DNA from: Arcobacteraceae bacterium
Lineage (GTDB): Bacteria > Campylobacterota > Campylobacteria > Campylobacterales > Arcobacteraceae
Direction: 5' to 3'
Length of the DNA stretch: 64,000 nt
NCBI GenBank assembly: GCA_963662945.1
Contig: OY759974.1
Span: 1,760,001-1,824,000, forward strand
Shown: positions 1 to 11,916 of the stretch, in pieces
Layout of the letters: each line of letters opens with the position of its first letter
How positions within the stretch are numbered: position 1 is the first letter of the stretch
The notes under the pieces: model-generated
Databases searched by the model: none
What the model was told of the DNA's origin: nothing
The model's input: only the letters and a program-made list of their open reading frames with translations
Position numbers and translations under genes: made by a program

Positions 1-2
1 AT

Positions 3-974
3 CTTAATGACAAAGATCTTGATTTTAAAACAACATTTTTTTTAGCTATCAATGCAATCAAACATAAAAAAGAGAAAATAGCACTTAAGTATTTGGAATC
101 TGCGTATACTAAAGCATACTATAAAATGGAAAAAGACAATATCATTTTTTGGCAATATCAACTTACACATGATAAAAAATATTTGGAAGATTTGGTAAAT
201 AGTTGGGATGTAAATATTTACACATTATATGCAAATAATTTATTAAAAAAAGAGCAAAAAAATATTATATATACTATTGAACAACAAAAAAGATCTCAAA
301 ATAAATATGATATTTTAAATCCATTTCAGTGGCTGAGAGTTCTTGGTGATACAAAAACGATAGATGATAAAACTTTACAGAAATATCAAAATACTTTTAC
401 TTCAGAGGAAACTTTGGGGCATTTGGCTTTTGTAAATGAAAGATACTATAGATATAAAAATTCCTATTTTGTAATGCCTTATAAAAAACATCTTAATAAA
501 TTGCCAAAAGAAAGACAATCTTTAATCTATGCTATTGGGCGACAAGAGAGTAGATTTATCCCAACCTCTATATCGAGTGCTTATGCTATGGGAACTATGC
601 AAATTATGCCATTTTTAAGTAAAGCAATTGCAAAACAACTCAATGAACCTTATGATATAGATAAACAACTTGAAGTTAAAACAAATTTAAAATATGCAAA
701 TCATCATTTAGATTATCTTACAAAAAAACTAGACAATCCACTTTTTGTAGCTTATGCTTACAATGGTGGTATAGGTTTTACAAAACGTATGTTACAAAAT
801 GGCTTATTTAAAAAAGGAAAATATGAACCATATTTAAGTATGGAATTATTACCTTATGATGAGACTAAAAAATATGGGAAAAAAGTGTTAGCAAACTATT
901 TTATCTATTATAATTATTTAAACAAAAACAAAAAGATAAATTTTCAAACACTTGTTAATGGGATTAAAAATTAA
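3..974 (+). CDS. slt: Soluble lytic murein transglycosylase (Slt family), 5'-truncated by the window edge
   Basis: Catalytic RQESRF motif, GTMQIMP and AYNGG motifs; the frame is open back to the window start. Confidence 0.85.
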   Translation, partial: LNDKDLDFKTTFFLAINAIKHKKEKIALKYLESAYTKAYYKMEKDNIIFWQYQLTHDKKYLEDLVNSWDVNIYTLYANNLLKKEQKNIIYTIEQQKRSQNKYDILNPFQWLRVLGDTKTIDDKTLQKYQNTFTSEETLGHLAFVNERYYRYKNSYFVMPYKKHLNKLPKERQSLIYAIGRQESRFIPTSISSAYAMGTMQIMPFLSKAIAKQLNEPYDIDKQLEVKTNLKYANHHLDYLTKKLDNPLFVAYAYNGGIGFTKRMLQNGLFKKGKYEPYLSMELLPYDETKKYGKKVLANYFIYYNYLNKNKKINFQTLVNGIKN

Positions 975-982
975 TAGAAAAT

Positions 983-1462
983 TTATTCTTTTGTAAAACT
1001 AATAGTTGTGTTGTGTTCTAAAGAATCTTTAAAAACTAGATCGAGTTGTTTCTCTTCTACATCATTAAATGTTGTAATTTGATAACTTGCCCAATTGTTT
1101 TTTAAAGCGATATTTTCAAATATTTTATCGTTTTTTGGTACTTTACTTGTAGATACTTCTTCATTTCCATTCATTGTAAGGGTATAAGTTGTTTCAGTAT
1201 TTTCAGCGATATATGTTCCTACAAGAAAATTTTGTTTTCCATTATCCCAAACTTTACTATCTACTGAATTTAAGTAAGTTATATTTATTAGAGCTTGAAC
1301 ATCTTTATCTACAACTATTTTACCCACTTTTGTATACTGTAAGTTTTGACCAAAAATTGGTTCTTTGTTTAAAACAGATGTTGCTGATTGGTTACAACCT
1401 ATAAATGACAGGGCAAGTGTTGTAAGGCTTAAGATTATTATATGTTTTTTGATACTTTTCAT
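983..1462 (-). CDS. Putative lipoprotein
   Basis: 159 aa; basic N-terminus, hydrophobic stretch, lipobox FIGC. Confidence 0.7.
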   Translation of the reverse strand: MKSIKKHIIILSLTTLALSFIGCNQSATSVLNKEPIFGQNLQYTKVGKIVVDKDVQALINITYLNSVDSKVWDNGKQNFLVGTYIAENTETTYTLTMNGNEEVSTSKVPKNDKIFENIALKNNWASYQITTFNDVEEKQLDLVFKDSLEHNTTISFTKE

Positions 1463-1530
1463 AAGGGTAATTATACTATTAAAATATATATTTTAGCTTT
1501 TGATTTGGTATGATTGGATATTATTGCATT

Positions 1531-1935
1531 ATGAATACAGCTGAAAATCAACTTCAAATTAATGATATAAAAACAATAGTAGAGATTCCTGATTATAGTA
1601 TATATATCTATTATGGTTTAATGCTACTTGCTTTATCTATTTTAGTGGCAATGATTTATTTTGTTTATAATTATTTTAAATCTAGAAAAAATTCTTTAGA
1701 AAAACAGTATGTAATGATTTTAAAAAATATTGATTTAAAAAATCAAAAAGAAAGTGCATATACCATATCTAAATATGGACGTCTTTTAGTAAAAGAGGAA
1801 AGACAACAAAGACTCTTTGAAGAATTACATCACAGTCTAGAAGAGTTTAAATATAAAAAAATAATAGATAAAGAGATACCAAATACTATAAAATTGAAGT
1901 ATGAAACATTTTTGGAGAGCTTAGATGTTCGATAA
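1531..1935 (+). CDS. Single-TM protein, DUF4381-like (Bat/MoxR-associated); start at 1510 or 1531
   Basis: 'LQINDIK..VEIPD' followed by a TM helix; overlaps the downstream vWA gene. Confidence 0.55.
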   Translation: MNTAENQLQINDIKTIVEIPDYSIYIYYGLMLLALSILVAMIYFVYNYFKSRKNSLEKQYVMILKNIDLKNQKESAYTISKYGRLLVKEERQQRLFEELHHSLEEFKYKKIIDKEIPNTIKLKYETFLESLDVR

Positions 1936-2836
1936 TATCACTTTTGAGTATCCATATCTTCTTTTACTTTTTTTTGTATTTGTATTATGTGCTAAATTTT
2001 GTAAGGCAAAAGTTCAGTCTTATTATATGCCTCATCTTAATATTTATCAAAAAGCTACCACTATTAATAGTACTTTGGTTTCACTTTTAAAATGGTTTGC
2101 GATTGCTTTAGCAATTATTGCATTAGCTTCTCCTATAAAAGAATTACATAGTGTGAATACAAAACAAGATGGGATTGATATGGTTTTGTCTCTTGATACA
2201 AGTGGTTCTATGAGACAAATTGGTTTTAATCCAAACATACCTGAACAAAATAGATGGCAAGTTGTACAAGAGATAGTAAATGATTTTATCAATAAACGAA
2301 CAAATGATAATATAGGGCTCGTAGTTTTTGGAAGTTCAGTGATGACAGCTTCTCCCCTTAGTTATGACAAAAAAGCCCAAAATAGGATTATTAATAGTTT
2401 ACGAATAGGGATAGTTGGGGATAAAACTGCATTAATCAATAGTATAGCAACTTCAATTAATATTTTAAAAAATAGAGAAACAAAATCAAAAATAATCATT
2501 GCTATAACAGATGGAGAAGATACAGCAAGTTCAATTCCTCTTGAGGTTGTACTTAAATTAGCAAAAAAATATAATATTAAGATATATACAATAGCAATAG
2601 GTGCAACAAATATATATACTTTACAACAATTCTCGAATAGTACAAATGGAAAAACTTTTAGTGCAGTGAGTAAAGAAGAGTTAGAGAATATTTATAAAAC
2701 AATAGATAATTTGGAAAAAAGTAAAATTGAAAAAAATAAACTTATTTTAAAAGAGTATTATTTCTTTTATCCATTGATGTTTTCCTTTTTATTTTTATTA
2801 TTTTTTATATATTTGAAAAATAAAAGAGAAAACTAA
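1925..2836 (+). CDS. vWA-domain membrane protein (BatA-like)
   Basis: N-terminal FEYP motif, MIDAS DTSGS, TDGED, C-terminal TM. Confidence 0.85.
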   Translation: MFDNITFEYPYLLLLFFVFVLCAKFCKAKVQSYYMPHLNIYQKATTINSTLVSLLKWFAIALAIIALASPIKELHSVNTKQDGIDMVLSLDTSGSMRQIGFNPNIPEQNRWQVVQEIVNDFINKRTNDNIGLVVFGSSVMTASPLSYDKKAQNRIINSLRIGIVGDKTALINSIATSINILKNRETKSKIIIAITDGEDTASSIPLEVVLKLAKKYNIKIYTIAIGATNIYTLQQFSNSTNGKTFSAVSKEELENIYKTIDNLEKSKIEKNKLILKEYYFFYPLMFSFLFLLFFIYLKNKREN

Positions 2837-2843
2837 TAGAGAT

Positions 2844-4127
2844 TTATATTTCGCAGTTTAGTCCGAAAAGATTTTGAGTTGTACCTAGGACGATATCTCC
2901 ATCAATTGATTTTGATACATCTCGAAGTTTGATTGTTGGATGATGTAAAAATTCAGCCATAACAGTTTGACAAAGTTTTTTGATATTTTCTTCATCTTCT
3001 GCTTTGATAAAATGTTTTTTAAGAGCATTTTGGATTTTTTTATTTATGATCTCTTCACTTTTTAGGTGTAAGTCTTTTATTACAGGTTCTACACTGAGTG
3101 TTTGGAGCCATGTAAAAAACTCTTGAGTCATTTTTCCTACAATACTATATGCCTCTTTAGCTTGACTTGCACGTAGTTCCATATTCTCATCAACTATACA
3201 TTGTAGATCATCTACACTATAGATATTGAGATTTTCAAATTCTATATCTTCTATATCTCTAGGAAGTGCTATATCAAACCAATTTCTTGTATATTCAAAC
3301 TCTTTTACCATCTCTTTTTTAATAATAGGATAAGGTGCGCTTGTGGCAGTTATCATAAGTCTCATAGAGTTTAACAAGGTTTCAAGTTCCTCATAAGGTC
3401 TGATTTCTATTTGATCATGTGTGTATTCTTCACCATTTCCATCACTGATAATAGAGTGGGCTAAAATCCTAGCTTTTTTGATATTTCGACTACAAATAAC
3501 AACATTAAAACCATATTTGAGTAAGTGTCTACAGGCAAGTTCACTCATTTCACCTGCACCTATAACTAAAGCTCTTACACCTTTTGTATCTTTATAAAGT
3601 TGTTTTGCTTGAGCTACTGCTGTTGAAGCAACTGAAACAGAACCACTTCCTAGTTGTGTAGCATTTCGTACACGTGCAGCACATTTGAAAGCATAGTGTA
3701 AAACTCGTGAAAGATTTTGACCTGAAAAGTTTTTTTCAATTGCAAATTTAAATGCATCTTTTAATTGTCCAGCAATTTGTGTTTCACCTACTACTAAACT
3801 ATCTAAAGAAGAAGCAACTGTAAAGATATGATGAATTGCACTTTCATTTTCATAAATATCAGCACGGTTATAAAGTTCTTCTATTTCCAAAGTTGAATGA
3901 TTTGAAAAGTTTTCAATACCTACTTTGCTAGCTTCTTTTGAATTAGAGGTATTAATGATTAATTCTATTCTATTACAAGTGGAAAGTAATATTGCTTCAT
4001 TTATAGTTGGTTCTTTGATAATATTTTTTAAGAAAGATTCTTTTTCAATTTCATTATTAAAAGCTAGCTTTTCTCGTGTAGCTATATCTGTATTTTTATG
4101 AGTAAAACTTATTACTATATATTCCAA
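2844..4127 (-). CDS. hemA: Glutamyl-tRNA reductase
   Basis: LSTCNRIE, SLDSLVVGETQI and GAGEM motifs. Confidence 0.97.
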   Translation of the reverse strand: MEYIVISFTHKNTDIATREKLAFNNEIEKESFLKNIIKEPTINEAILLSTCNRIELIINTSNSKEASKVGIENFSNHSTLEIEELYNRADIYENESAIHHIFTVASSLDSLVVGETQIAGQLKDAFKFAIEKNFSGQNLSRVLHYAFKCAARVRNATQLGSGSVSVASTAVAQAKQLYKDTKGVRALVIGAGEMSELACRHLLKYGFNVVICSRNIKKARILAHSIISDGNGEEYTHDQIEIRPYEELETLLNSMRLMITATSAPYPIIKKEMVKEFEYTRNWFDIALPRDIEDIEFENLNIYSVDDLQCIVDENMELRASQAKEAYSIVGKMTQEFFTWLQTLSVEPVIKDLHLKSEEIINKKIQNALKKHFIKAEDEENIKKLCQTVMAEFLHHPTIKLRDVSKSIDGDIVLGTTQNLFGLNCEI

Positions 4128-4205
4128 TGTTTCTAATCCCTTACACTAAATCGTTAGGAGTTATTATACAATTTTATTACTTTAATATTCGACAAAGGGT
4201 AAGTT

Positions 4206-6479
4206 TTAGAAACTTGCCCACTCGTCATCATCATTATTACTTGACTGAATTGGTTCTATTGTTTTTTTTGTAGATGTATTATGTTCAGTTGAAGTTGGGC
4301 TTTTATCTATTTTATGATTTTGTATAATTACATCTTTGATAATTTTTTCTCTTTTCCTTTTTTCTGGACCTTGATAATTTAAATCTGTAGGTTCTTTTCT
4401 TTTGGTCATATCTTTACCAATAAATTCTTTTGTATCAGCATCTTTAACTACTAGTTTAGCAATTGCATCAGTTTCTAAAGCAACATCGTGAGTTTGAGAA
4501 GCTATCATTGCATTTTGTTGTGTTTGTTGGTCTAAAGAGTTAACTGCATCATTAATTTGTTGTATTCCTGTTAACTGCTCTTTACTTGCCATCTCAACAT
4601 CTTTTATTAAATCAATAGTTTTAGTAATATTCTCATTAAGTGCTGTATATCCACTTATCATTTGATCTGATATCTTTTTACCATGATTTGATTTATTTGT
4701 TGCATTTTCCACAAGAGATTTAATCTCATTTGCTGCATCTGCTGAACGAGATGCAAGATTTCTAACCTCTTGAGCAACAACTGCAAATCCTTTTCCTGCT
4801 TCCCCTGCAGTTGCAGCTTCAACTGCTGCATTTAAAGAAAGAATATTTGTTTGGAAAGCAATTTGATCAATTACAGTAATTGCTTCATTGATTGCATTTA
4901 CCTCTTTATCTATCTCATTCATAGCTTGTGTTGTTTGATTTGCTAATGCTTCACCTTTTGAAGCTGATTCTGTTACATTTGAAGCTAATTTAGACATCTC
5001 TACAATGTGATGTGTATTATTAGAAATATTACTTGTAATCTCTTCAATTGCTGCTGCTGTTTCTTCTAGTGCTGCTGCTGCTTCATTTGAGTTTTGGTTT
5101 AGGATATCTACGTTTCTAAGAAGTATATCACTACTATTATCTAGTGTTAAACCATTTGATTTATTTTCTATAAGCATTTTTGTAATAGAGTCACCTAATG
5201 CATTTACACCATTTGCAAGTTTTAATAAATGTTCTTTTATTCCTTCCGTTTTTACTTTATTCATATAATTACTATTTGAATATTGTTCAAGTATATCTAA
5301 AACATTTTCTATGTTGATTTCAAGATGTGCACCCATTTGGTTTAATAGTTTTGTTAATTCTTGTAAAGCTGGGTTGTTACTTTTAGTAGTTACTCTTTGA
5401 TATAAGTCACCTCGTTCAAATTCACTTAATACTGAAATTGTATCATCAATAACTTGTCTATCTTCTTCAATTCCTTGTTGTGTTTTTACAATATTTTCAT
5501 TCACTACTTTTGCCATTGCCCCAAATTCATCTGGCGTACTAGCATCAAGTAGTTCAACTTTTGTACTTTCTCTGTTAACATATTTGAAAAATTGTAAAAT
5601 GCCTGACTGAAAATCGTGTAATTTATGAATAATGTTTTTTATAAGAACAATAGCTAAAATTAAAATAAATATTATAAGTATTAAAGCTAAAATATCAGCA
5701 ATATATTTTAATTTTGTTATATTTTGTGCTATGTCTGTATTGGTCTCTTTAGAGATGTTTTTTAGTAAATCTTCTGTTTTATGAATAGTAGTTCTCATAT
5801 TCCCTTTAATACCTGATTTGCTATTAAGACCAATTATATTTTCTTGTTCTACAAGTGCTAAAAAGTCTTTTTTGTATATTTGCAGGTATTGACTCATTTC
5901 ACTATTTGTTTGACTTATGAGCTTATCTATTTTTGCTTGGAATTTATCAACATATTTCATATCAAATCGCAACATGAAATCTTTTTCTTGTTTTCTTAAA
6001 TCATAGACATTTGCTAAGAGTTTATAATCTTGACTATTTTTTGCATTTTCTTGTACTTTATGTACAGCATTTCTTAAACTTCCATATAAACTATCTTTGG
6101 GATCTAATCCTATTTTTTGTTGTGTGGATACTAATTGCAAAAAATTTGATTCGTATTCATTGATTATATTGATAAACAATTTAAGTTTAGATGTATTGAT
6201 ACTGTATTCGTTAAGATTTTGTTCTAATGCCAATGCATTATTTTTTAAAACTTTAACATTTTTAATAAAACTATCTCGATATTTTAAATCTTTTCTTGCA
6301 ATGAAATCTTTTTCATTTCTTCTTAACATTAACATATCACTGTTAAGTTGTTTGATTGAAGTTTGGGCATTATTTAACTGTGTTGTAGAAGATATTGAAT
6401 AATTTAATAACAATGTTAGAATGATCATTCCAACAATGGAACCTGATGATAGTAGTATAAGCTTTAATTTAACAGACAT
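4206..6479 (-). CDS. Methyl-accepting chemotaxis protein with HBM-like periplasmic sensor
   Basis: Two TMs; repeated [33 protein letters not shown] hairpin; C-terminal EWASF pentapeptide. Confidence 0.95.
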   Translation of the reverse strand: MSVKLKLILLSSGSIVGMIILTLLLNYSISSTTQLNNAQTSIKQLNSDMLMLRRNEKDFIARKDLKYRDSFIKNVKVLKNNALALEQNLNEYSINTSKLKLFINIINEYESNFLQLVSTQQKIGLDPKDSLYGSLRNAVHKVQENAKNSQDYKLLANVYDLRKQEKDFMLRFDMKYVDKFQAKIDKLISQTNSEMSQYLQIYKKDFLALVEQENIIGLNSKSGIKGNMRTTIHKTEDLLKNISKETNTDIAQNITKLKYIADILALILIIFILILAIVLIKNIIHKLHDFQSGILQFFKYVNRESTKVELLDASTPDEFGAMAKVVNENIVKTQQGIEEDRQVIDDTISVLSEFERGDLYQRVTTKSNNPALQELTKLLNQMGAHLEINIENVLDILEQYSNSNYMNKVKTEGIKEHLLKLANGVNALGDSITKMLIENKSNGLTLDNSSDILLRNVDILNQNSNEAAAALEETAAAIEEITSNISNNTHHIVEMSKLASNVTESASKGEALANQTTQAMNEIDKEVNAINEAITVIDQIAFQTNILSLNAAVEAATAGEAGKGFAVVAQEVRNLASRSADAANEIKSLVENATNKSNHGKKISDQMISGYTALNENITKTIDLIKDVEMASKEQLTGIQQINDAVNSLDQQTQQNAMIASQTHDVALETDAIAKLVVKDADTKEFIGKDMTKRKEPTDLNYQGPEKRKREKIIKDVIIQNHKIDKSPTSTEHNTSTKKTIEPIQSSNNDDDEWASF

Positions 6480-6682
6480 AAGAAAACCTTTAATTTTAAC
6501 TAATTAGGAAAAAATTATATCATAAGTTAAATAAATTATAATGATTTGATTTATCTGTAATTAAGGGTAACTTTTATAACTCTTTTTTTGCTGCAGAGCT
6601 TTATTATTAAAATAAAATTTTTGAGATAAGAGTTAATAAATTGTTTGTAGATGTATAAATTAAAGACAATATAAATAGATTT

Positions 6683-6691
6683 TGTTATAAT
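6683..6691 (+). promoter_or_regulatory. Extended -10 promoter for mnmA-folE
   Basis: TGTTATAAT about 25 nt upstream of the mnmA ATG. Confidence 0.6.
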
Positions 6692-6715
6692 CAAAAAAAA
6701 CAATCAAGAAAAAAT

Positions 6716-7768
6716 ATGGTAAATACAAATAAAAAAAAAGTAATCGTTGGATTAAGTGGTGGTGTTGATAGTAGTATGACTGCTTTTCTACTTCAAAAAG
6801 AAGGATATGAAGTTGAAGGTATTTATATGAAACTTCATGAAACTGTAGATGGTTATCATGAAAAAAATATAAAAAATGTTGAACAAGTTGCAAATTTTTT
6901 AGGCATCAAACATCATGTATTAGATTTAAGTAAACAATTTAAACAAGAGATATATGATTATTTTGTACAAAGTTATATAGATGGTATTACACCTAATCCT
7001 TGTGTGAAATGTAACTCTCAAATAAAATTTGGTGAATTGTATGCAGAAGCTATGCGATTGGGTGCTGATTATTTAGCCACTGGACATTATGCAAAAACTG
7101 ATGGAAAATTTATATATAAAGCAGAAGATTTATCAAAAGATCAGAGCTATTTTTTAGGACAAGTTTCTCAAGAAGTATTACCTAAGTTATTATTTCCAAT
7201 GAATAAATATACAAAAGAGTATATTAAAAGTGAAGCTTCTAAAATACCGCAGCTTCAATCAATAGCGACACAAAAAGAGTCTCAAGAGATATGTTTTGTT
7301 GATACAGTATATACAGATATTATTAAAAAATATACAGATATAGATATGCCTGGAGAAACATTAGATACTCAAGGAAATGTTGTAGGACATCATAAAGGTT
7401 ATATGCATTATACGGTTGGGAAAAGAAGAGGTTTTTACGTACATGGAGCTCATGATCCTCATTTTGTAACATCCTTAGATAAACAAAAGAATACAATTAC
7501 AGTAGGTAGAAAAGAAGATTTAGCTATAAATTATGTAATTGCTAATAATTTAAATATGTTTATAGATGATAAAGAAATATCGTGTGATGTTAAACTAAGA
7601 TTTAGAAGTACAACTGTAAAATGCCAAATAATTATTAGGGATAATAAAGCTTTTATAAAATTAGAAGATCCAGTTTATGGTGTTGCCATAGGGCAAACAG
7701 CAGTTTTTTATGACAATGATAAAGTTATAGGAAGTGGCTGGATAGAAAAAACAGATTTTATAAAATAG
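6716..7768 (+). CDS. mnmA: tRNA 2-thiouridine(34) synthase
   Basis: [35 protein letters not shown]. Confidence 0.97.
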   Translation: MVNTNKKKVIVGLSGGVDSSMTAFLLQKEGYEVEGIYMKLHETVDGYHEKNIKNVEQVANFLGIKHHVLDLSKQFKQEIYDYFVQSYIDGITPNPCVKCNSQIKFGELYAEAMRLGADYLATGHYAKTDGKFIYKAEDLSKDQSYFLGQVSQEVLPKLLFPMNKYTKEYIKSEASKIPQLQSIATQKESQEICFVDTVYTDIIKKYTDIDMPGETLDTQGNVVGHHKGYMHYTVGKRRGFYVHGAHDPHFVTSLDKQKNTITVGRKEDLAINYVIANNLNMFIDDKEISCDVKLRFRSTTVKCQIIIRDNKAFIKLEDPVYGVAIGQTAVFYDNDKVIGSGWIEKTDFIK

Positions 7769-7779
7769 AGGAAATAAAA

Positions 7780-8334
7780 TTGGAAAATGCTGTTAAACAA
7801 ATATTAGAACATATTGGAGAAGATCCAAATAGAGAAGGTCTTGTAGATACACCAACACGAGTAAGAAAAGCTTGGGAGTTTATGACAAGTGGATATAAAG
7901 AAGATCCAAAAGAGATAATTCAAAAAGCACTTTTTACAAGTAGTAATGATGAGATGGTAGTGGTGAAAGATATTGAATTTTACTCTCATTGTGAACATCA
8001 TATGTTACCAATTATTGGTAAAGCACATGTTGCATATATTCCAAATGGAAAAGTAATTGGATTATCAAAAATTCCTAGAGTTGTTGATGTATTTGCAAGA
8101 AGACTACAAATACAAGAACAACTCACAGAGCAAATTGCTGATGCTATCAATGAAGCAATAAGTCCAAAAGGAGTTGCAGTTGTTATAGATGCAAGACATA
8201 TGTGTATGGAGATGAGAGGTGTACAAAAAATTTGTTCTACTACAGTAACATCTGCACTTAGAGGATTATTTAAAAAAGAGAAAAAAACAAAAGATGAATT
8301 TCTTTCAATAATTGCATCTAGTTTTAATAAATAG
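7780..8334 (+). CDS. folE: GTP cyclohydrolase I
   Basis: [28 protein letters not shown]. Confidence 0.97.
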   Translation: MENAVKQILEHIGEDPNREGLVDTPTRVRKAWEFMTSGYKEDPKEIIQKALFTSSNDEMVVVKDIEFYSHCEHHMLPIIGKAHVAYIPNGKVIGLSKIPRVVDVFARRLQIQEQLTEQIADAINEAISPKGVAVVIDARHMCMEMRGVQKICSTTVTSALRGLFKKEKKTKDEFLSIIASSFNK

Positions 8335-8366
8335 TTTTCTTTCTAACTCACAATATCAAATTTAAT

Positions 8367-8395
8367 AAAAGAGATTTTAAACTAAAATCTTTTTT
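8367..8395 (+). terminator. Putative intrinsic terminator after folE
   Basis: AAAAGAGATTTTA-AAC-TAAAATCTTTTTT inverted repeat ending in a T run. Confidence 0.5.
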
Positions 8396-8548
8396 ATAAT
8401 TTTAAATATTTCAATAAAATTTCAATTTTTTATCATTTATCTTATTAAAATTGTAATTTATAATTATATAAATCTTAGTAAATTAAAATACTTTTCCTTT
8501 TTATAAGGAAGTAAAATTGTTAAAAAAGCTATAAAGACACCTAATTCC

Positions 8549-8585
8549 TTGACATTTAACTACAAAAAAGATATAATCCGCGTCC
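8549..8585 (+). promoter_or_regulatory. Sigma70 promoter of the S10 operon with GC-rich discriminator
   Basis: TTGACA (8549-8554), 17-nt spacer, TATAAT (8572-8577), then CCGCGTCC. Confidence 0.9.
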
Positions 8586-8594
8586 ATACATTGG

Positions 8595-8634
8595 TTAGAG
8601 TAATATAAAACATATAGTTTTGTGTTGGTTCTAA
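8595..8634 (+). promoter_or_regulatory. Hairpin in the rpsJ 5' leader (candidate r-protein leader)
   Basis: 17-bp stem with G-U pairs, one bulge and a 5-nt loop, between promoter and RBS. Confidence 0.5.
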
Positions 8635-8656
8635 TGAGTTCTTTAAAGGAAAAAAA

Positions 8657-8971
8657 ATGGAAAAAATAAGATTAAAGTTAAAAGCTTACGATCACAGAGT
8701 TCTTGATCGTTCAGTTGCTTCAATTATAGAAGCTGTTAAAAGAACAGGTGCTGAGTTGATTGGTCCAATACCAATGCCAACAAAGATTAGAAAATATACT
8801 GTTCTAAAATCACCACATGTTAACAAAGACTCAAGAGAGCAATTTGAGATCAGAGTTCATTCAAGAATGATTGATATTGTATCTGCAACACCAGATACTG
8901 TTGATAGTTTAATGAAACTTGACCTTGCACCTGAAGTTGATGTTGAAGTTAGATCTATGGGTCAAGAGTAG
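8657..8971 (+). CDS. rpsJ: 30S ribosomal protein S10
   Basis: [28 protein letters not shown]. Confidence 0.99.
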   Translation: MEKIRLKLKAYDHRVLDRSVASIIEAVKRTGAELIGPIPMPTKIRKYTVLKSPHVNKDSREQFEIRVHSRMIDIVSATPDTVDSLMKLDLAPEVDVEVRSMGQE

Positions 8972-8980
8972 GAGAGAAAG

Positions 8981-9553
8981 ATGGAATTTATTGTAGAAAA
9001 AATCGGTATGAGCCGAACTGTTACTGTTCCTGCAACTCCTGTTACACTTGTAAAAGTAGTTGATGCTAAGGTATGTGAAGTAAACGATGGTGTAGCTATT
9101 GTTGCTTACAGTGATGGTAAAAAATTTAACAAAGCTATTGAAGGTCAGCAAAAAAAATATAACTTAAGTAAAGAGTTTAATAGATTTGCAACTTTAAATG
9201 TAGCAAACACAGAAGCTGGTGAGATTGATACAACTGCTTTAGTTGAAGGTGTAGTTGTAAAATCTACATTCACAACAAAAGGTAGAGGTTTTTCTGGTGT
9301 TGTAAAAAGACATGGTTTTGCTGGTGGTAGAGGATCGCACGGACATAGAATGGGTAAAAGAACTGGTTCTATTGGTAACTGTGAGTGGCCTGGTAGAGTT
9401 ATGAAAGGTAAGAAAATGCCTGGACAATACGGGAATACAAACGTAACACATAAAAATGATGTAGTTTCTTTTGATGCAACTACAGGTATATTAGTTCTTA
9501 AAGGGAGCGTTGCTGGTGCAAACGGAACTTTAGGTAAGGTAAGGATAGCATAA
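8981..9553 (+). CDS. rplC: 50S ribosomal protein L3
   Basis: [24 protein letters not shown]; operon position. Confidence 0.98.
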   Translation: MEFIVEKIGMSRTVTVPATPVTLVKVVDAKVCEVNDGVAIVAYSDGKKFNKAIEGQQKKYNLSKEFNRFATLNVANTEAGEIDTTALVEGVVVKSTFTTKGRGFSGVVKRHGFAGGRGSHGHRMGKRTGSIGNCEWPGRVMKGKKMPGQYGNTNVTHKNDVVSFDATTGILVLKGSVAGANGTLGKVRIA

Positions 9554-10155
9554 TGGGTAAATTAGTAGTATTAAATGATAAATTTGAAAACTCTAGCGAA
9601 TTAGCACTAGGTGAAAAATTTGAAGGTATAAACTCTCACAATTTACACTTATATGTTAAATCTTACTTAGCTGGAATTAGAGCTAACACAGCAAGAGTTA
9701 AAAATAGAAGAGAAGTGAGTGGTGGTGGTAAAAAACCTAAAGCTCAAAAAGGTTCTGGAGCTGCTAGATGGGGTTCTAAAAGATCACCATTATTCGTAGG
9801 TGGGGGTCAAGTATTTGGACCAACAAACAGAAACTATAACCAAAAAATAAACAAAAAACAAAAAGTTTTAGCTTTAAGATATGCTATCAATGCGCAAGCA
9901 GAGAGAAATGCAATCTTTGTAGTTGATTCAATTAAAGTTGAATCTGGTAAAACTAAAGATGCTGCGGCAATCTTAAATAAGTTAAACCAAAGAGATACTT
10001 TAATAGTTGTTGAAAATTTTGATGATCAAACATATTTAGCGTTCAGAAACATCAAAAATTGTTATGTGATTGAAAAATCAGAATTAAATGCTTATTTAGT
10101 AGCTGCTTACCACTCAATTTTAATTGAAAAAGCAGTAATTGATAGCTTAGTATAA
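9553..10155 (+). CDS. rplD: 50S ribosomal protein L4
   Basis: [19 protein letters not shown]; operon position. Confidence 0.98.
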   Translation: MGKLVVLNDKFENSSELALGEKFEGINSHNLHLYVKSYLAGIRANTARVKNRREVSGGGKKPKAQKGSGAARWGSKRSPLFVGGGQVFGPTNRNYNQKINKKQKVLALRYAINAQAERNAIFVVDSIKVESGKTKDAAAILNKLNQRDTLIVVENFDDQTYLAFRNIKNCYVIEKSELNAYLVAAYHSILIEKAVIDSLV

Positions 10156-10166
10156 GAGGTATAAAA

Positions 10167-10448
10167 ATGGCAGATATTACAGATATCAAATCAATTGTTT
10201 ATACAGAAAAAACTATTGAGTTGCAAGAAAACGGTGTTATTGTTGTACAAACAAGCACTAGAATGACTAAAAATAGTTTAAAAGAAGTATTCAAAGAGTA
10301 TTTTGGAGTGACACCTACAAAAGTTAACTCTTTAAGACAAGAAGGTAAAGTTAAAAGATTTAGAGGAAGAGTTGGTGCAAGACCAGATTTCAAAAAATTC
10401 TATGTTACATTACCTGAGGGCGCTGAAATAGCGAACCTTTCAGCATAG
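10167..10448 (+). CDS. rplW: 50S ribosomal protein L23
   Basis: [19 protein letters not shown]. Confidence 0.97.
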   Translation: MADITDIKSIVYTEKTIELQENGVIVVQTSTRMTKNSLKEVFKEYFGVTPTKVNSLRQEGKVKRFRGRVGARPDFKKFYVTLPEGAEIANLSA

Positions 10449-10463
10449 TAGAGGGAGTAGAAA

Positions 10464-11291
10464 ATGGCAATTAAAAAATTTAGACCAATTACACCTGCAA
10501 GAAGATTTATGTCTGTTATGGATACTTCTGATATTACTTCAAAACCAACAGTTAGGAGTTTACTTGTAAACGTTAAAGCAACTGCTGGTAGAAATAGTAA
10601 CGGTAGAATTACATCAAGACACAGAGAAGCTGGTGCAAAAAAATTATACAGAATTATTGATTTTAAAAGAAATAAATTAAATGTTCCTGGAACAATCGCT
10701 ACTGTTGAGTACGATCCATACAGAAACTGTAGAATTTGTTTAGTGAACTATGCAGATGGTGAAAAAAGATATATCATTCAACCTTCAGGATTAAAAGTTG
10801 GTGCAACTATTGCAGCTGCTGAGTCTGGACTTGATATTTTACCAGGTAATGCAATGAAACTTGGAAGCATGCCAGTTGGTACAATGGTTCATAATATTGA
10901 ACTTAAACCAGGTAAAGGTGGACAAGTTGCAAGATCTGCTGGTGGATATGCGCAAGTTATGGGTAGAGAAGAAAAATATACTATTTTAAGACTTCCAAGT
11001 GGAGAGATGAGAAAAATTCTTTCTGTTTGTATGGCTACTGTTGGTATTGTTGGTAATGAAGATTTCTCAAATATGGTTATTGGTAAAGCTGGTCGACAAA
11101 GACATTTAGGTAAAAGACCACAAACTAGAGGTAGTGCAATGAACCCAATCGATCACCCACATGGTGGAGGTGAAGGTAAAACTAACTCAGGAAGACATCC
11201 AGTTACTCCATGGGGTATGCCAACTAAAGGTTATAAAACTAGAAAGAAAAAAGCTAGTGATAAACTAATCATTTCAAAAAGAAAGAAGTAA
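10464..11291 (+). CDS. rplB: 50S ribosomal protein L2
   Basis: [17 protein letters not shown]. Confidence 0.99.
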   Translation: MAIKKFRPITPARRFMSVMDTSDITSKPTVRSLLVNVKATAGRNSNGRITSRHREAGAKKLYRIIDFKRNKLNVPGTIATVEYDPYRNCRICLVNYADGEKRYIIQPSGLKVGATIAAAESGLDILPGNAMKLGSMPVGTMVHNIELKPGKGGQVARSAGGYAQVMGREEKYTILRLPSGEMRKILSVCMATVGIVGNEDFSNMVIGKAGRQRHLGKRPQTRGSAMNPIDHPHGGGEGKTNSGRHPVTPWGMPTKGYKTRKKKASDKLIISKRKK

Positions 11292-11301
11292 GGGTTAAGT
11301 A

Positions 11302-11580
11302 ATGGCAAGAAGTATAAAAAAAGGTCCATTTGTTGACGCTCATTTAGCAAAAAAAGTTGCTAAAGCAGTTGAATCAGGTGACAAAAAACCAATAAAAACT
11401 TGGTCAAGAAGAAGTATGGTTTTACCAGATATGATTGGTCTTACATTTAATGTACATAACGGTAGAAACTTTGTACCAGTTACAATTACAGAAAATCATA
11501 TTGGATACAAATTAGGTGAATTCGCACCAACTAGAACTTTTAAAGGTCATAAAGGTTCAGTACAAAGAAAGGTAGGTTAA
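11302..11580 (+). CDS. rpsS: 30S ribosomal protein S19
   Basis: [21 protein letters not shown]. Confidence 0.99.
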   Translation: MARSIKKGPFVDAHLAKKVAKAVESGDKKPIKTWSRRSMVLPDMIGLTFNVHNGRNFVPVTITENHIGYKLGEFAPTRTFKGHKGSVQRKVG

Positions 11581-11586
11581 TAGTAA

Positions 11587-11916
11587 ATGGGTAAAGCTAC
11601 ATTAAAATTTATAAGATTATCTCCTATCAAAGCTAGATTGGTTGCTAGAGAAGTTCAAGGTATGAATGCTGAAGTTGCAATCGCATCTTTAGAATTTACA
11701 CCAAACAAAGCTGCTGGAATCATCTCAAAAGTTATAGCTTCTGCAGTTGCAAACTCAGGTTTAGAGCCAGAAGAAGCAGTTGTAACAAGTTGTAGAGTTG
11801 ATAAAGGTCCAGTGTTAAAGAGATTTACACCAAGAGCAAGAGGTAGTGCTTCTCCAAAACATAAGCCAACAGCGCATATTTATGTTGAAGTAAACGCAAT
11901 TGAAGGAGACAAGTAA
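11587..11916 (+). CDS. rplV: 50S ribosomal protein L22
   Basis: [19 protein letters not shown]. Confidence 0.98.
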   Translation: MGKATLKFIRLSPIKARLVAREVQGMNAEVAIASLEFTPNKAAGIISKVIASAVANSGLEPEEAVVTSCRVDKGPVLKRFTPRARGSASPKHKPTAHIYVEVNAIEGDK

